DNA of 64,000 nucleotides from Patescibacteria group bacterium (GCA_038064015.1 JBBTUB010000023.1:369-64368), one strand, 5' to 3'. Shown: positions 37,587 to 51,813, counted from the stretch's first letter. Made by a program: numbers and translations. The notes: generated by a model from the sequence alone, not told the origin.

Positions 37587-39211
37587 CTATCTCGTACGAT
37601 ACCACCCCATTCAACAACGGTAAAGCCTCGTCGCTCGGTCTTCGGAATCGTAAGCGGTTCGACCGACATCGGCTTCATAAGTGGCTGGTAATCCATCAAA
37701 ACGCGTATCACGGTATCAGGCTTCGGCTCTATGGACATGGGCGCCGTGCGATCAATTTCCGATGTAGAAATAAAGGTAATAAAGTAGTACGGGGTTCGCG
37801 ATAATTTTGGCACCCAGAATTCCAGAAAATCAGCACGCTCATTTTCATTCAGTCCAAATTGCGTAAGCTTATCCCCAAGTAGCGAAGCGACCTGATGCCT
37901 GGCGACTACAAATCCTTGTTTCGGCGTCACGACACTTCCGTCTTCGGCACTTTCCCAGAAAAGATAAGGATACTGCATACCGTCTTGTCTGTTCGTAATA
38001 CGGCCGCTTGGGTCAGCTTCCACAATCCAGCCGTTCCCATATTCCGGATCAGTTTTTATAAAACTACGCGAAGGAAATACTTTGACACTCACGATTTCTT
38101 TTTGTTCGGGATAGAGATAGATAACCGGCTTTGCGCGCTCCGCGGGGGGAGCAAAATATTTATTCTTCAGGATTACCCAGCGATCAAGCGGGTCGTGGTA
38201 GATAATCAATCCGTGCCGTGCGCCATACTGTTCGGGAGATATCGCGGCACCGGTCACCGGATCGCGCATTTGAGCCAGGATCGAAAGGATCAAAGGATGA
38301 CGAAGATCTTTGAACTGGTACACCGTTTCGTTGGTACTCGTTGTCCCGGCGATTATTAATGCCTGGGTGTCAGGTGTCGCCAAGATTTCTACTGTTTCTT
38401 CGTAGAGCGTATCACTGAACCCATCTTTATTGGGCGTACCATCGGACCACGTGATAGCTGGGATTTGATCATCAGTTAAGAAAGCAGGATGGTAGTTATA
38501 TGGCCCGTATAGTCCGCTGGGAAGCATGAGCTCATAGGCGATCTTTGCGATACCGTCATATTCGGATCGAACAACCGCTAAGGTGCCGTATTCCGTATCC
38601 GCAATTTTTGATGGTCGATCTGGCTGATTACGTTCTTGTCCACGTGATAGCGAAAAACTTCCCATAAAATATGTGGACTTGGTAAGCTTCACCCCCCGAT
38701 ACTCCAGTGTCTCGGGGAATTCCAACGATGCATAGCGAGTCGTAGCATCGCTTGAGACGCCTACCAGCTGATAATACGATGCCTCAGCAGAATAGCGAGT
38801 TAATAATGCGTAGCCGTTATTCTTTTTCACAAAGAAGAACCAAGAAGAACCCATTTCGGCTATTTCCGCAAGAATAATGTCTTTACCGTGATCATTCCCA
38901 AGTAGATAATATGTTGCTTGTATGCCTGTATCTTTGAAGAGCTTCAGATCTTCATTGATTTTTCGGGTACCGGCATACCAGATGACTCCGTCCTTATCAG
39001 TCATCGGCCATGAATTTGGCAACGGAGAATTTGATGGCGACTCGCTCACCGACACTGAAGGTGTTGGGGTGCTGTCAATATTTTTGGTTAGATAGTATCC
39101 CCCGCCAGCCAGGATAACGAGCGCGATGATGCCAACCACGGGACCCAAGGGAAATTTCTTCGGAACAACTGGCACTGGTGACACCGACGGGGTCGATAAT
39201 AGTTCGTCCAT
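37574..39211 (-). CDS. 545-aa membrane-anchored extracellular hypothetical protein
   Basis: An N-terminal TM anchor and S/P-rich linker precede a large domain with no recognisable motif. It is inserted in the purine cluster. Confidence 0.5.
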   Translation of the reverse strand: MDELLSTPSVSPVPVVPKKFPLGPVVGIIALVILAGGGYYLTKNIDSTPTPSVSVSESPSNSPLPNSWPMTDKDGVIWYAGTRKINEDLKLFKDTGIQATYYLLGNDHGKDIILAEIAEMGSSWFFFVKKNNGYALLTRYSAEASYYQLVGVSSDATTRYASLEFPETLEYRGVKLTKSTYFMGSFSLSRGQERNQPDRPSKIADTEYGTLAVVRSEYDGIAKIAYELMLPSGLYGPYNYHPAFLTDDQIPAITWSDGTPNKDGFSDTLYEETVEILATPDTQALIIAGTTSTNETVYQFKDLRHPLILSILAQMRDPVTGAAISPEQYGARHGLIIYHDPLDRWVILKNKYFAPPAERAKPVIYLYPEQKEIVSVKVFPSRSFIKTDPEYGNGWIVEADPSGRITNRQDGMQYPYLFWESAEDGSVVTPKQGFVVARHQVASLLGDKLTQFGLNENERADFLEFWVPKLSRTPYYFITFISTSEIDRTAPMSIEPKPDTVIRVLMDYQPLMKPMSVEPLTIPKTERRGFTVVEWGGIVRDRWTR

Positions 39212-39222
39212 AAATAGAGATG

Positions 39223-42584
<3,362 letters not shown>

Positions 42585-42587
42585 GAT

Positions 42588-44051
42588 CTATCTCGGATAA
42601 TTAGGAGATTGTTCGGTAATTTCAATATCGTGGGGGTGCGATTCGACGACGCCGGAGTGGGTAATCTGGACAAACTTTGCTTTCTTTTGGAGGTCGGGGA
42701 TATTCTTGGCGCCGCAATAGCCCATACCGGCACGGAGGCCGCCCATGATCTGGTGAATCGTTTCGGACACACTGCCGCGAAACGGCACGCGCCCCTCGAT
42801 GCCTTCGGGCACGAGCTTGGCAAGATTCTCTTCCATATCCTGAAAATACCGATCGCGCGTCCCCTCGCGCATCGCCGCTTGCGATCCCATGCCACGATAC
42901 ATTTTGTATTTGCGGCCTTGGAAGAGCACCGTCTTGCCCGGCGCTTCTTCGTGTCCCGCGAGCATATTGCCGAGCATGACCGAGTCGGCACCGGCGGCAA
43001 GGGCTTTGGGTACATCACCGGTATACTTGATGCCGCCATCAGCGATGACGGGAATCCCTTGCTTGGAGCACACAGCGGCCACATCCATGACCGCGGTGAG
43101 CTGGGGTACGCCGACGCCGGCGATCACGCGCGTCGTACAAATCGAGCCGGGACCGACGCCCACTTTGACGGCATCCACACCGGCTTTGATGGAAGCCAGC
43201 GCGGCTTCAGCCGTGACGAGGTTGCCGCTGATCATCTGGAGATCCGGATATGAGGCACGGATCTCGCGGATACGGTCGAGGACTTTTTTGGCGTGGCCAT
43301 GCGCCGTGTCGACGGTGATAACATCCACGCCAGCTTTGACGAGGGCTTCGACGCGCTCAAGCGTATCTGTAGCGACGCCGACCGCCGCACCAACACGAAG
43401 TCGGCCGTGTTCATCCTTGCAGGCATGGGGATGGCTTTTCTTTTTCTCAATGTCTTTAAACGTGATCAGACCTTTTAATATTTTTTGTTTATCTACGATG
43501 AGAAGCTTCTCGATTTTATTTTTTTGCAAAATTACTTCAGCATCTTTGAGCGTCGTGCCGACGGGCGCCGTGATGAGCTTTTCCGTCATAATCTCGTGGA
43601 GCTTCGTACTGCCGGCAACTTCAAAGCGCAGGTCGCGATTTGTCACGATGCCGACGAGCTTGCCCGTCTTCTCAATAATCGGAATTCCGCTGATCCGATT
43701 TTTGCGCATGAGCTCGAGTGCCTGCTTGACGGTGTCGCGTGGGCCGAGCGTGACCGGATCCATGATCATGCCTGACTCGGAGCGCTTCACCTTATCTACC
43801 ATCTCGGCTTGTAGTTGGATGGAGAGATTTTTATGAAGGATGCCGATACCGCCTTCGCGGGCCAAGGCGATGGCCATTTCCGACTCCGTGATGGTGTCCA
43901 TGGCCGCGCCCACGATCGGGATATTGAGCTCGATGCCACGCGTCAGCCGCGTCCGGACATCCACATCCCGCGGCGACACATCCGACGCATCGGGGATCAA
44001 CAACACATCGTCGTACGTGAGTCCAAGCTGAGTGATTTTGGAGGTTGCCAT
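42588..44051 (-). CDS. guaB: IMP dehydrogenase
   Basis: A TIM barrel with a tandem CBS insert. It has the catalytic Cys loop [11 protein letters not shown] and [24 protein letters not shown] -10 lies 9 nt before the ATG, so it looks leaderless. Confidence 0.95.
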   Translation of the reverse strand: MATSKITQLGLTYDDVLLIPDASDVSPRDVDVRTRLTRGIELNIPIVGAAMDTITESEMAIALAREGGIGILHKNLSIQLQAEMVDKVKRSESGMIMDPVTLGPRDTVKQALELMRKNRISGIPIIEKTGKLVGIVTNRDLRFEVAGSTKLHEIMTEKLITAPVGTTLKDAEVILQKNKIEKLLIVDKQKILKGLITFKDIEKKKSHPHACKDEHGRLRVGAAVGVATDTLERVEALVKAGVDVITVDTAHGHAKKVLDRIREIRASYPDLQMISGNLVTAEAALASIKAGVDAVKVGVGPGSICTTRVIAGVGVPQLTAVMDVAAVCSKQGIPVIADGGIKYTGDVPKALAAGADSVMLGNMLAGHEEAPGKTVLFQGRKYKMYRGMGSQAAMREGTRDRYFQDMEENLAKLVPEGIEGRVPFRGSVSETIHQIMGGLRAGMGYCGAKNIPDLQKKAKFVQITHSGVVESHPHDIEITEQSPNYPR

Positions 44052-44100
44052 TGAGTTTTTACTATATCAATGGTAGCTTGTTTTCGCAAGGAGGTCGGCA

Positions 44101-44226
44101 TGAATTGCACAGAAGCTCTCCTCGCGCTCGAGTTTCCGATCGCATACGGTCTCGAGGCGGAAAAAAGAGCAGTTGAACACTGGCGCTCGTGCAAGGAGTG
44201 CCAGAAATCGGTAACGCCGAAATGAA
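44101..44226 (+). CDS. GC-rich orphan cassette 4: 41-aa Cys-containing micro-protein (C-X27-CxxC with His)
   Basis: AAGGAGG sits 5 nt before the ATG. The product is MNCTEALLALEFPIAYGLEAEKRAVEHWRSCKECQKSVTPK. An intrinsic terminator follows. A structured-RNA alternative is not excluded. Confidence 0.35.
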
Positions 44227-44262
44227 AGGAGACAGGTCATGCCACGTGCCCCCTAGTACCCG

Positions 44263-44297
44263 ACCGCCGGCCCCCGCCGACGGTCAACTCTTTTTAT
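44263..44297 (+). terminator. intrinsic terminator after cassette 4
   Basis: gaccgccggc-cccc-gccgacggtc pairs at 9 of 10 positions and is followed by aactcttttta. Confidence 0.5.
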
Positions 44298-44427
44298 AGG
44301 ATCCCTAGCGAGCAACAGTGAGCTTTCAAGCAAAACCTTATCACAGCGCGACTGGCGCGAGATAGGAGGGAGCGATTTCAGCAGAAATCGACGACTGGTT
44401 TTGCGGAAGGCTCACGGTCGCGAGCGT

Positions 44428-45531
44428 CTAGTATTCCCCCGGAGGAGGCAAGGTTATGCCCCCGGGAGTAAAAATTGTCTGCCGCTTGCCGGACTCTACG
44501 ACGCCAAGATCATGAAGCGTGTAGCCGGTAGCTTTTCCGATATCCATCACGCGATTCACTTCTTTTGCCGGCACAAAAATATAATACCCGATCCCCCAGT
44601 TAAATGTCTTCAGGCAATCGGCCAGCGAGACGCCAAGTTCTTCGTGAAAATATCTGAAAAATTCCGGCACGTCTGGCCACGTGTTAATACGATACGTAAA
44701 CGGCCGCTTATCAAAGGCGATCTTGCCCACCCCATCCCCTGTCCCCGGTAACAGCGTATGGATATCGACGTCTTCTTCGAGGAGCTTCTCGATGAGCTTC
44801 ACGTATGATCGCGTGGGCGTGAGCGCAAGCTCTCCGAATGTAGAGTTATTTATTTTTGTTAAAAATTGATCTTTAAGCTCAAGACCTTTTTTGATGACGA
44901 GCGACACGCCATTTGCGTGGAGCCCCGATGACGTAACGCCGATAATATGATCGCCGGCCTTTAATTTTTTGCCGGTGATAAGTCGCGATCGCGGGGCAAT
45001 GATGCCCGTCACTGATCCGGAAAGGCTTGGCGCTTCGGGTTTAATAATATATTTCAATGTCGCGCTCTCACCAGCCGGCAGCGCCATACCAACTTCTTTG
45101 CAAATCTTCACAAAGCCATCCGCGAAGTCTTGCGCGCGTTTCTTGTCGCCGTACCAGCTCGCATCCCCCGACTCCACCTGATCAGTAAAAATCACCGGCA
45201 TCGCCCCTTGCGCGATCACGTCATTGACGACGATCAATGCCACATCAATGGCAATATTTTCATAAAAACTTCGGCCTGTCTTCATATACATCCACTCAGC
45301 AATCCAGTTCTTCGTCCCCAGATCCTCTTGTGTCTTGCAGTATATTGGATGCTTTTCTGGGCCTTTATATTCATACACCGCCCCATGCGCATGGATTGCC
45401 TCTTTCACCACATACACCCCCCGTTTATTCGGAAACGCGAGCGTCTTTTTCCCCGCCTCAATCATCGCCATCTTAAACGGCTCCATGAGGCTGTAATCTA
45501 CGCCGGATTTTGCGTATTCAGAGGTTTTCAT
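44428..45531 (-). CDS. purM: phosphoribosylformylglycinamidine cyclo-ligase (AIR synthetase)
   Basis: It has the PurM N- and C-domains, GVDYSLMEPF and the DxxG...GESA pattern. The length is 367 aa. Confidence 0.92.
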   Translation of the reverse strand: MKTSEYAKSGVDYSLMEPFKMAMIEAGKKTLAFPNKRGVYVVKEAIHAHGAVYEYKGPEKHPIYCKTQEDLGTKNWIAEWMYMKTGRSFYENIAIDVALIVVNDVIAQGAMPVIFTDQVESGDASWYGDKKRAQDFADGFVKICKEVGMALPAGESATLKYIIKPEAPSLSGSVTGIIAPRSRLITGKKLKAGDHIIGVTSSGLHANGVSLVIKKGLELKDQFLTKINNSTFGELALTPTRSYVKLIEKLLEEDVDIHTLLPGTGDGVGKIAFDKRPFTYRINTWPDVPEFFRYFHEELGVSLADCLKTFNWGIGYYIFVPAKEVNRVMDIGKATGYTLHDLGVVESGKRQTIFTPGGITLPPPGEY

Positions 45532-45893
45532 CGGAATAAATCGTCGTCTGAAGCTCCATATGATCGCATCGTGACATATGCATCATACAAAAGCGATTCA
45601 AACGGCTCGAGATACTGAGCGGGGCTTCCAGTTTTTGGTATCACTTGAAGGCTACTGTATAAGAAATTTGCTAATTTGGAATTTTCGGTGGCAAATCTTT
45701 GGTAGTATGGTTGGTCTCGATAGATGGCAGGGTAGCTGTCCGGCGGCGCGGCAAAAAGAAGATAGAAGTTATGATATCGAGGCACACCACGGGCATCCCT
45801 TCTTTTAAATTCCGCAAGGCTAAGTACATCCCGATTCGCTTCATCGAGCGTTGGCGGCATGGACGGCTTTGTTGGATCTCCTGGTTCAGACAT
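45528..45893 (-). CDS. hypothetical protein (121 aa)
   Basis: ORF with an ATGA overlap with purM. The composition is host-like. No motif recognised. Confidence 0.4.
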   Translation of the reverse strand: MSEPGDPTKPSMPPTLDEANRDVLSLAEFKRRDARGVPRYHNFYLLFAAPPDSYPAIYRDQPYYQRFATENSKLANFLYSSLQVIPKTGSPAQYLEPFESLLYDAYVTMRSYGASDDDLFR

Positions 45894-45942
45894 AGAATAA
45901 TATTTTACACGATATTCTCATATTCTTAAGAATACCAGAATG

Positions 45943-46710
45943 TCAGTTTAAACTCTTAATCCATGCATCAAAAATCATTTTCATTTCTTGTATATGCGCA
46001 GGATCGCGAAGAGTATGTGGAGCACCCTTAATGACATGCAATTCTTTTTTGCCCGGTAATAAATCATAGAGCATCGTTTGATGCTCTATGGGCGAAGTTT
46101 CTCGATCCTGATCTCCCACGATCATGAGTACGGGCATGGTAAGTTTATGAGCATCAGGCAAGAGATCATGAGTAATCCGATCTTCCATATGTGACCATGG
46201 TAGACGCTTAATAAACCCGGGCTTAGTATTGCTTACTTCGACCCGCCAACCCGAAGCCTTCCATTCCTCGCTTCTTTTTGGATCCGCTTTAATGCTCAAC
46301 GTGCCGGAAATCGTTGTGGCTTTTGGCGCAAGTCCCTTTATTTTTTCGGGAAATTTTTCAGCATATCGAGCCGTAGCATATCCCCCTAAACTGCTTCCCG
46401 CCAAACAAAACGGCTCCTGATACCACGATTGAGATGTGGACCACGCAATCACGTCCTCCAAGTCTTCGAGAAAATTAGTTGCGGTGGAATTTTCAAACGC
46501 TCCATCACTTTCTCCAAGAGAATTGGTACAATCAAATCGGACCACCGTATATCCATTTTCAAAAAAAGCTTCTGCGATCGCTTTGATCTGCGGCTGATCT
46601 TTGTTCGATCCTAATCCATGCATCGCAAACGCGAGACCCTTTTGATGCTCCGCTTCTTCGACGAGCACCATGATCTTCTGCCCTTTGCGATTTTTAATGG
46701 CGAGTTTCAA
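45943..46710 (-). CDS. alpha/beta-hydrolase (dienelactone-hydrolase / S9-like)
   Basis: A GSSLGG nucleophile elbow is followed by downstream Asp and His (GAPHTL). Confidence 0.7.
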   Translation of the reverse strand: MKLAIKNRKGQKIMVLVEEAEHQKGLAFAMHGLGSNKDQPQIKAIAEAFFENGYTVVRFDCTNSLGESDGAFENSTATNFLEDLEDVIAWSTSQSWYQEPFCLAGSSLGGYATARYAEKFPEKIKGLAPKATTISGTLSIKADPKRSEEWKASGWRVEVSNTKPGFIKRLPWSHMEDRITHDLLPDAHKLTMPVLMIVGDQDRETSPIEHQTMLYDLLPGKKELHVIKGAPHTLRDPAHIQEMKMIFDAWIKSLN

Positions 46711-47642
46711 ACTTGATATTTCTTTAAATTCTTCTCAATCCGCTTTGCGATCGGAGTGGCGCCGGGCTTGAATTTTTTGCCGGTGAGTTGCTCGTAGATT
46801 TGGATGTAGCGGCGGGAGAGCTCGACGATCATCGCGGGCGGAGCGGCGGGGAGAATTTTGTCTTTATAGGGATCGCAATGATCTTTAAACCACAACCGCA
46901 AAAATTCTTTGTCAAAAAACTCCGGATCCAGGCCGGCTTTGAAGCGCTTGGCATACGTCTTGGCCATCCACCAGCGGCTGGAGTCCGGCGTGTGGATCTC
47001 GTCGATCAAAGTTAATTTGCCCTTATCATCTAAACCAAATTCATACTTCGTGTCCACGAGAATTAAACCATGCTTGAGGGCGATTTTTTGTCCGCGCAGG
47101 AAAAGCTTCATGGCGACGGATTGGATTTTTTTCCAAAGCTTCGCGTCCACGATGCCTTGAGCGACGATTTCTTTGGAGGTGATCGGCCGGTCGTGCTCAT
47201 CCGACTTGGTCGTCGGGGTCAGCACGGGTTTTTTGAGCTTTTGATTCTTCTTCATGCCGTCGGGAAGCTTAAAATCCCCAAAATCGCGCTCACCAGCAGC
47301 GTAGATCGTCCACAGTGACGTATTGGTCGTGCCGGTGATGTAGCCGCGCATGACGACCTCGATGGGAATGACGGTGCATTTACGACCAACGACGACGTTG
47401 GGGTCGGGATTGCTGATGACGTGGTTGGGGACGATATCTTTAGTACGATCGAACCAAAAGAGGCTGGACTGTGTCAGCACCTGGCCTTTATGCGGAATGT
47501 GCGCGATGATGCGGTCAAACGACGAGTGACGATCGGTGGAGACGAGGATGATTTTATCCTCCTGGACGTAGATATCCCGTACCTTGCCGATTTTCTTCGT
47601 GCCGAGATGTTTGAGGTTAGTTGCTGGTAAGATATTTTTCAT
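46707..47642 (-). CDS. purC: SAICAR synthetase
   Basis: A long-form PurC (GKVRDIY...[11 protein letters not shown]...LVDTKYEFG) starting at MKNILPATN. The ORF-track extension to 47900 is spurious. Confidence 0.9.
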   Translation of the reverse strand: MKNILPATNLKHLGTKKIGKVRDIYVQEDKIILVSTDRHSSFDRIIAHIPHKGQVLTQSSLFWFDRTKDIVPNHVISNPDPNVVVGRKCTVIPIEVVMRGYITGTTNTSLWTIYAAGERDFGDFKLPDGMKKNQKLKKPVLTPTTKSDEHDRPITSKEIVAQGIVDAKLWKKIQSVAMKLFLRGQKIALKHGLILVDTKYEFGLDDKGKLTLIDEIHTPDSSRWWMAKTYAKRFKAGLDPEFFDKEFLRLWFKDHCDPYKDKILPAAPPAMIVELSRRYIQIYEQLTGKKFKPGATPIAKRIEKNLKKYQV

Positions 47643-48120
47643 AGCCGAGTTTTTGTAATTTATCTGCTTTTTTTGCGACGCCGTCAGCGAGAGATTTTTT
47701 AAAGTCAGAAAACTTCTTGGCGAGCCCTGTGTCGGATGTTGCCAGGATCTGAATCGCAAGAAGTCCGGCATTGCGGGCGGAATTGATACCGACCGTAGCA
47801 ACTGGGATACCCGGGGGCATTTGGACAGTCGAGAATAGCGCGTCCTGGCCGTTGATCGGGACACCGATGACCGGCAAAGTTGTAAGCGCCGCCGTAACAC
47901 CCGCTAAGTGCGCTGATCCGCCAGCTCCGGCAATGATAACTTTCAATCCACGGCTGATTGCAGTCGTCGCGTATTCATGCGCACGCTCCGGGCTGCGATG
48001 GGCCGAGCAAACCGTGATTTCAAACTCCACACCAAATTCTTCGCAGACTTTGGCCGCTTCCTGCATGACTGGCAAATCCGAATCCGATCCCATAATGATA
48101 CCGACGAGTGGTTTAGTCAT
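47617..48120 (-). CDS. purE: N5-carboxyaminoimidazole ribonucleotide mutase
   Basis: It has [13 protein letters not shown] and [10 protein letters not shown], the class I PurE motifs. Confidence 0.93.
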   Translation of the reverse strand: MTKPLVGIIMGSDSDLPVMQEAAKVCEEFGVEFEITVCSAHRSPERAHEYATTAISRGLKVIIAGAGGSAHLAGVTAALTTLPVIGVPINGQDALFSTVQMPPGIPVATVGINSARNAGLLAIQILATSDTGLAKKFSDFKKSLADGVAKKADKLQKLGYEKYLTSN

Positions 48121-48132
48121 GGTGATAATGTA

Positions 48133-49254
48133 TCATGACAATGCCTTCGCGCCAATATCCTTACGAAACTGCTTTCCCTGAAAATCAATCTTCGCCACGC
48201 CAGCATAGGCGCGATCGATGGCTTCTTGGAGCGTGTCGCCGGTCGCACTTACACCTAGCACTCTTCCCCCTGAAGTTTTGCCATCAACCATTCCTGCCGA
48301 AAATACAACAACCCCCGGCAGGCTTTCCGCTTCTTCGATGCCCGTAATCGGAAAGCCTTTTTCATATGAGCCCGGATAGCCAGCCGAGGCCATGATGACG
48401 GTCGCCGCAAAGCCGGGATGCCATTCAATATTTATTTTATCCAGTGTGCCGTCAATGCAATGCTCGATAATTTCAACCAGATCAGTCTTGAGCAATCGCA
48501 TGTAGCTCTGCGTCTCCGGATCACCAAAGCGCGCGTTAAACTCCAAAACTTTTGGACCGTCCTTCGTAATCATGAGTCCTGGATACAATATGCCTTTGTA
48601 ATGTAATTTTTTTACGATTTTACTGACGATGTCTCCTGCCACGTCCCCCAGTACCACGTTGGGTACTGGGGCTATGACGCCCATTCCACCCGTATTTGGT
48701 CCTTTATCGCCATCAAAAATTGTCTTGTGATCCTGCGCCGTCGGAAACATTTTGAATGTTTTCCCATCGCAAAACGCGTGCGTCGAAATTTCAATGCCCT
48801 CGAGATACTCTTCGATCACGACTTCGTCGTCAGTGATTGCCGCGAGAGCCTGCTCTGCTTCTTCCATCGTCCAGGCCACCGTCACGCCTTTGCCAAGCGC
48901 CAGGCCGCTTTTTTTGATGACGATCGGCACGTGCGGAATATGATCGTACTGCTTGGCTGTCGGGATGCCGAGCTCACGCATGAGTTCTTTCGCAAAAGCT
49001 TTTGACGCTTCGATCTGTGCCATGGCTTTGGTGGGGCCAAAGATCTCCAATCCTGCTTCCTGGAATGCATCTACGATGCCATCCGCAAGATATTGGTCAG
49101 GACCGACGATGGTCAGATCAAAATTGCGCCCGTACTCGACGAGCTCGGGAATCGTGCCGACTTTCATTTCGGCGGTGTGGCCGTCAGATCGCACTTTCCA
49201 CGCTATCGCGTGTTCTCTGCCGCCGTTGCCAATGATGAGAATACGTTTTGCCAT
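48133..49254 (-). CDS. purD: phosphoribosylamine-glycine ligase (GAR synthetase)
   Basis: It starts ILIIGNGGREHAIAWK and has an ATP-grasp core. The C-terminal 51 nt overlap the next ORF. Confidence 0.92.
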   Translation of the reverse strand: MAKRILIIGNGGREHAIAWKVRSDGHTAEMKVGTIPELVEYGRNFDLTIVGPDQYLADGIVDAFQEAGLEIFGPTKAMAQIEASKAFAKELMRELGIPTAKQYDHIPHVPIVIKKSGLALGKGVTVAWTMEEAEQALAAITDDEVVIEEYLEGIEISTHAFCDGKTFKMFPTAQDHKTIFDGDKGPNTGGMGVIAPVPNVVLGDVAGDIVSKIVKKLHYKGILYPGLMITKDGPKVLEFNARFGDPETQSYMRLLKTDLVEIIEHCIDGTLDKINIEWHPGFAATVIMASAGYPGSYEKGFPITGIEEAESLPGVVVFSAGMVDGKTSGGRVLGVSATGDTLQEAIDRAYAGVAKIDFQGKQFRKDIGAKALS

Positions 49255-49718
49255 AGCTTATTTTCTTTTATTTTTAATCGTGTGTAAAGGCTGTCCACGG
49301 TGTCATCGGGCTGTATTTTTTCAAAACACCGAGCCAGTACCGGGCCAAAATCGAACTCGTGAGTCAAACGATGAATACTGGAGCCGGCATAGGTCGCTTT
49401 CTTGTCTAAAAAATTCTTAATCGCCTTTTCTTTGTATTTGCCTTTATTCCAAAGGCCATCCGTGCCGTCAGGGCATATCACGTGGCCGTCTTTCGTATCG
49501 GGAATAAGTCCCGGGTGTATATTGAGAATTTTATAATTCTCGATTACTTCATCCGGTATGATTTGCTTCCAACCCGTGAGACACACATAGTCCGGGGCAA
49601 GCGACTTCAGGTCATCGAGATTTTGCGTAAGGATACCGACAACATCAACACCCGTGGCACGAATAGCCGCTAAATTGGTGCCTGCGCCGTCTGGTGGCAT
49701 GAGAACAACGACTCTCAT
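49203..49718 (-). CDS. purN: phosphoribosylglycinamide formyltransferase (short form)
   Basis: NIHPGLIP is the formyl-transferase motif. SIHRLTHEFDFGPVLAR is the catalytic Asp region. At 171 aa it is shorter than typical PurN. Confidence 0.7.
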   Translation of the reverse strand: MRVVVLMPPDGAGTNLAAIRATGVDVVGILTQNLDDLKSLAPDYVCLTGWKQIIPDEVIENYKILNIHPGLIPDTKDGHVICPDGTDGLWNKGKYKEKAIKNFLDKKATYAGSSIHRLTHEFDFGPVLARCFEKIQPDDTVDSLYTRLKIKENKLWQNVFSSLATAAENTR

Positions 49719-51160
49719 GACAACGGCAGGGTCGGGGTGAGTTTTTCGGGAGGCGAGCTGGGAGCACTTACTTCACGGGTACGTTCACGCAGATCGATCG
49801 GATACTCACCAGTAAAGCAATGCGTGCTGAATTTAAGTGGATCAATTCCGGTCGCGGTGAGCATGCCCTGGAGCGAAAGATAGTGCAGCGAAGCAGCGCC
49901 GATATATTGCCGGATTTCTTCGTTGTTCTTCGTAGCGGCGATCAAGTTGCGCTGATTGGGCGTATCAATGCCATAAAAATCGGGAAACTTGATCGGTGGC
50001 GAGCTGACCAGAAAATGGACTTCTTTGGCTCCTGCATCCAAAATACTACGAACGATTTGTCCCGACGTGGTACCGCGCACAATCGAGTCATCTACGAGTA
50101 CTACTCGTTTGCCTCGGAGAACGTTGGGAAGTGGCGTGAGCTTGAGCTTGACCCCAAGATCGCGCGAGTGCGGATCCGGCTCGATGAACGTGCGGTGAAT
50201 ATAGCGATTTTTGACTAGTGCCATTTCAAGCGGCATGCCGGTCGCCTGCGAATAGCCAAGCGCCACGGGAATCGCCGTCTCCGGCACGGGGACGACAAGA
50301 TCAGCCGTAATTGCTGTCTCACGGGCAAGCTGGGTACCAAAATTGTGCCGGACGTCGTAGACCGACTTGCCCAGCAGTTCGCTATCAGGACGCGCGAAGT
50401 AGACGAACTCAAAAACATCAAACTTGGGGGTCCCCGGCTGGATCTGGACCGACTCGATCGAGCCCTCCGTCACGATCACCATCTCGCCCGGCTCGATCTC
50501 GCGGACAAAGTCGGCGCCAATGGTCGCGAATGCGCAGGTTTCGGATGCAAAGACGATGCCGCCATTGAGCTTCGCCATCGCCAGCGGCCGCATGCCATAG
50601 CTGTCGCGGATCGCCGCCACGCTGTCCTTGGTCATCACCACAAGTGAAAACGCTCCGGTGAAGAGCGGATAGGCGGTCGTGATCGCTTCTTTGAGGGTGC
50701 AGCCGTTTTTAAAAAAATAACTGATGGCGTGTGCCATCAGTTCGGAGTCATTCAAGTCAGCAACGGGAATATTTTTTGACTTGAGAAAATTTTCCAGAGC
50801 AATCGTGCTGGGAAGATTGCCATTATGAGCCAGCGCGAGCTCGGGTCCCGAGTCTGTCGAGCGGTGGCCAATGACCACCGGCTGCGCGTGGGCAATGCCG
50901 GTCGCCTTGGACGTCGAGTAGCGATTATGCCCGATCGCCAGGTGCCCGCTCAATCGATGGATATCACTTTCGGAATACACATGCGTTACCAGGCCGGTGT
51001 TCTTGTAGCATTGAATGGCGGTGCCATCGCTTGTCGCGATGCCGGAGCTTTCTTGACCGCGATGCTGCAAGGCAAAAAGCCCATAAAAGGTAAGTCGACT
51101 GACATCCATGCCCTTGCCATAAATGCCAAACACGCCGCATTTTTCATTCAGCTCGCTCAT
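49715..51160 (-). CDS. purF: amidophosphoribosyltransferase
   Basis: An Ntn Cys2 (MSELNEKCGVFGI) is followed by a GATase II domain and the PRTase motif VVLVDDSIVRGTT. Confidence 0.95.
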   Translation of the reverse strand: MSELNEKCGVFGIYGKGMDVSRLTFYGLFALQHRGQESSGIATSDGTAIQCYKNTGLVTHVYSESDIHRLSGHLAIGHNRYSTSKATGIAHAQPVVIGHRSTDSGPELALAHNGNLPSTIALENFLKSKNIPVADLNDSELMAHAISYFFKNGCTLKEAITTAYPLFTGAFSLVVMTKDSVAAIRDSYGMRPLAMAKLNGGIVFASETCAFATIGADFVREIEPGEMVIVTEGSIESVQIQPGTPKFDVFEFVYFARPDSELLGKSVYDVRHNFGTQLARETAITADLVVPVPETAIPVALGYSQATGMPLEMALVKNRYIHRTFIEPDPHSRDLGVKLKLTPLPNVLRGKRVVLVDDSIVRGTTSGQIVRSILDAGAKEVHFLVSSPPIKFPDFYGIDTPNQRNLIAATKNNEEIRQYIGAASLHYLSLQGMLTATGIDPLKFSTHCFTGEYPIDLRERTREVSAPSSPPEKLTPTLPLS

Positions 51161-51813
51161 GTGAAATACTTAATTGCGTTTTTAAAAATTTGGATGCCGT
51201 GTCCTCCGCGTTGCCAGGGGAACTGCGCCCGCTCCGGGTGCGGCATCATGCCCAGCACTCTCCCATCATATCCCAAAACCCCCGCGATGTCATCTGTCGA
51301 GCCATTGGGGTTTTGGACATAGCGAAACGCCACCTCAATCTTGCCGTTTTTGATATATTTGCCTTCTCCATGCGCAATCGGCACTTCCAGTTTGTTGATT
51401 CCTTCGAGCCATGGGCTCTCGCCGATTTTTTCAATTTCTACCCACGTCGAGATATAGCGCTTGCTGTCATTGTGTGTGAGCGCCCCAGGAAGAAGTCCCA
51501 TGTTGGTCATGATTTGAAAGCCGTTACAGATACCGATGGCCAGCGTGTCGCGCGCAATAAATTTTTGGATCTCATCGCCAAGCTTCGCTTTGAGCTTATT
51601 CGCAAAGGCTTTGCCTGATCCTGTATCATCGCCAAATGAAAAGCCTCCCGGAATGACGAAAATCTGATAATTTTTTAAGCTTTGTAAATCATTCACATGC
51701 ACAATCTCCGCCTTCGCCCCGGCCGTCTCAAACGCAAACGCCGTCTCGTCTTCGCAGTTGAGGCCATAGCCAGAAAGGACTAGGACCTTAGGTTTTAGCT
51801 TCGTTAGCTTCAT
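51157..51813 (-). CDS. purQ: FGAM synthase glutaminase subunit PurQ
   Basis: Class I GATase with GICNGFQ (Cys) and HPER. It begins with a tandem 9-mer repeat encoding KLTKLKPK. Confidence 0.9.
   Translation of the reverse strand: MKLTKLKPKVLVLSGYGLNCEDETAFAFETAGAKAEIVHVNDLQSLKNYQIFVIPGGFSFGDDTGSGKAFANKLKAKLGDEIQKFIARDTLAIGICNGFQIMTNMGLLPGALTHNDSKRYISTWVEIEKIGESPWLEGINKLEVPIAHGEGKYIKNGKIEVAFRYVQNPNGSTDDIAGVLGYDGRVLGMMPHPERAQFPWQRGGHGIQIFKNAIKYFT

Noticed and set aside
44052-44427. Possible RNase P RNA (rnpB) on the + strand: GTGCCAG...GGTAACGCC, AUAGG- and CAGAA-like blocks in the right order, in a roughly 370-nt GC-rich gap.
   Set aside because: I could not find complementary P4 strands or a P1 stem. 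A strong SD plus ORF plus intrinsic terminator sits in the middle of the region, which fits the other five cassettes. It is kept only as a low-confidence alternative pending cmscan.
46707-47900. The ORF-track 397-aa version of purC with an 86-aa Arg/Ser-rich N-terminal extension.
   Set aside because: The extension overlaps the purE 3' end in another frame and is low-complexity. PurC homology begins at MKNILPATN (47642).
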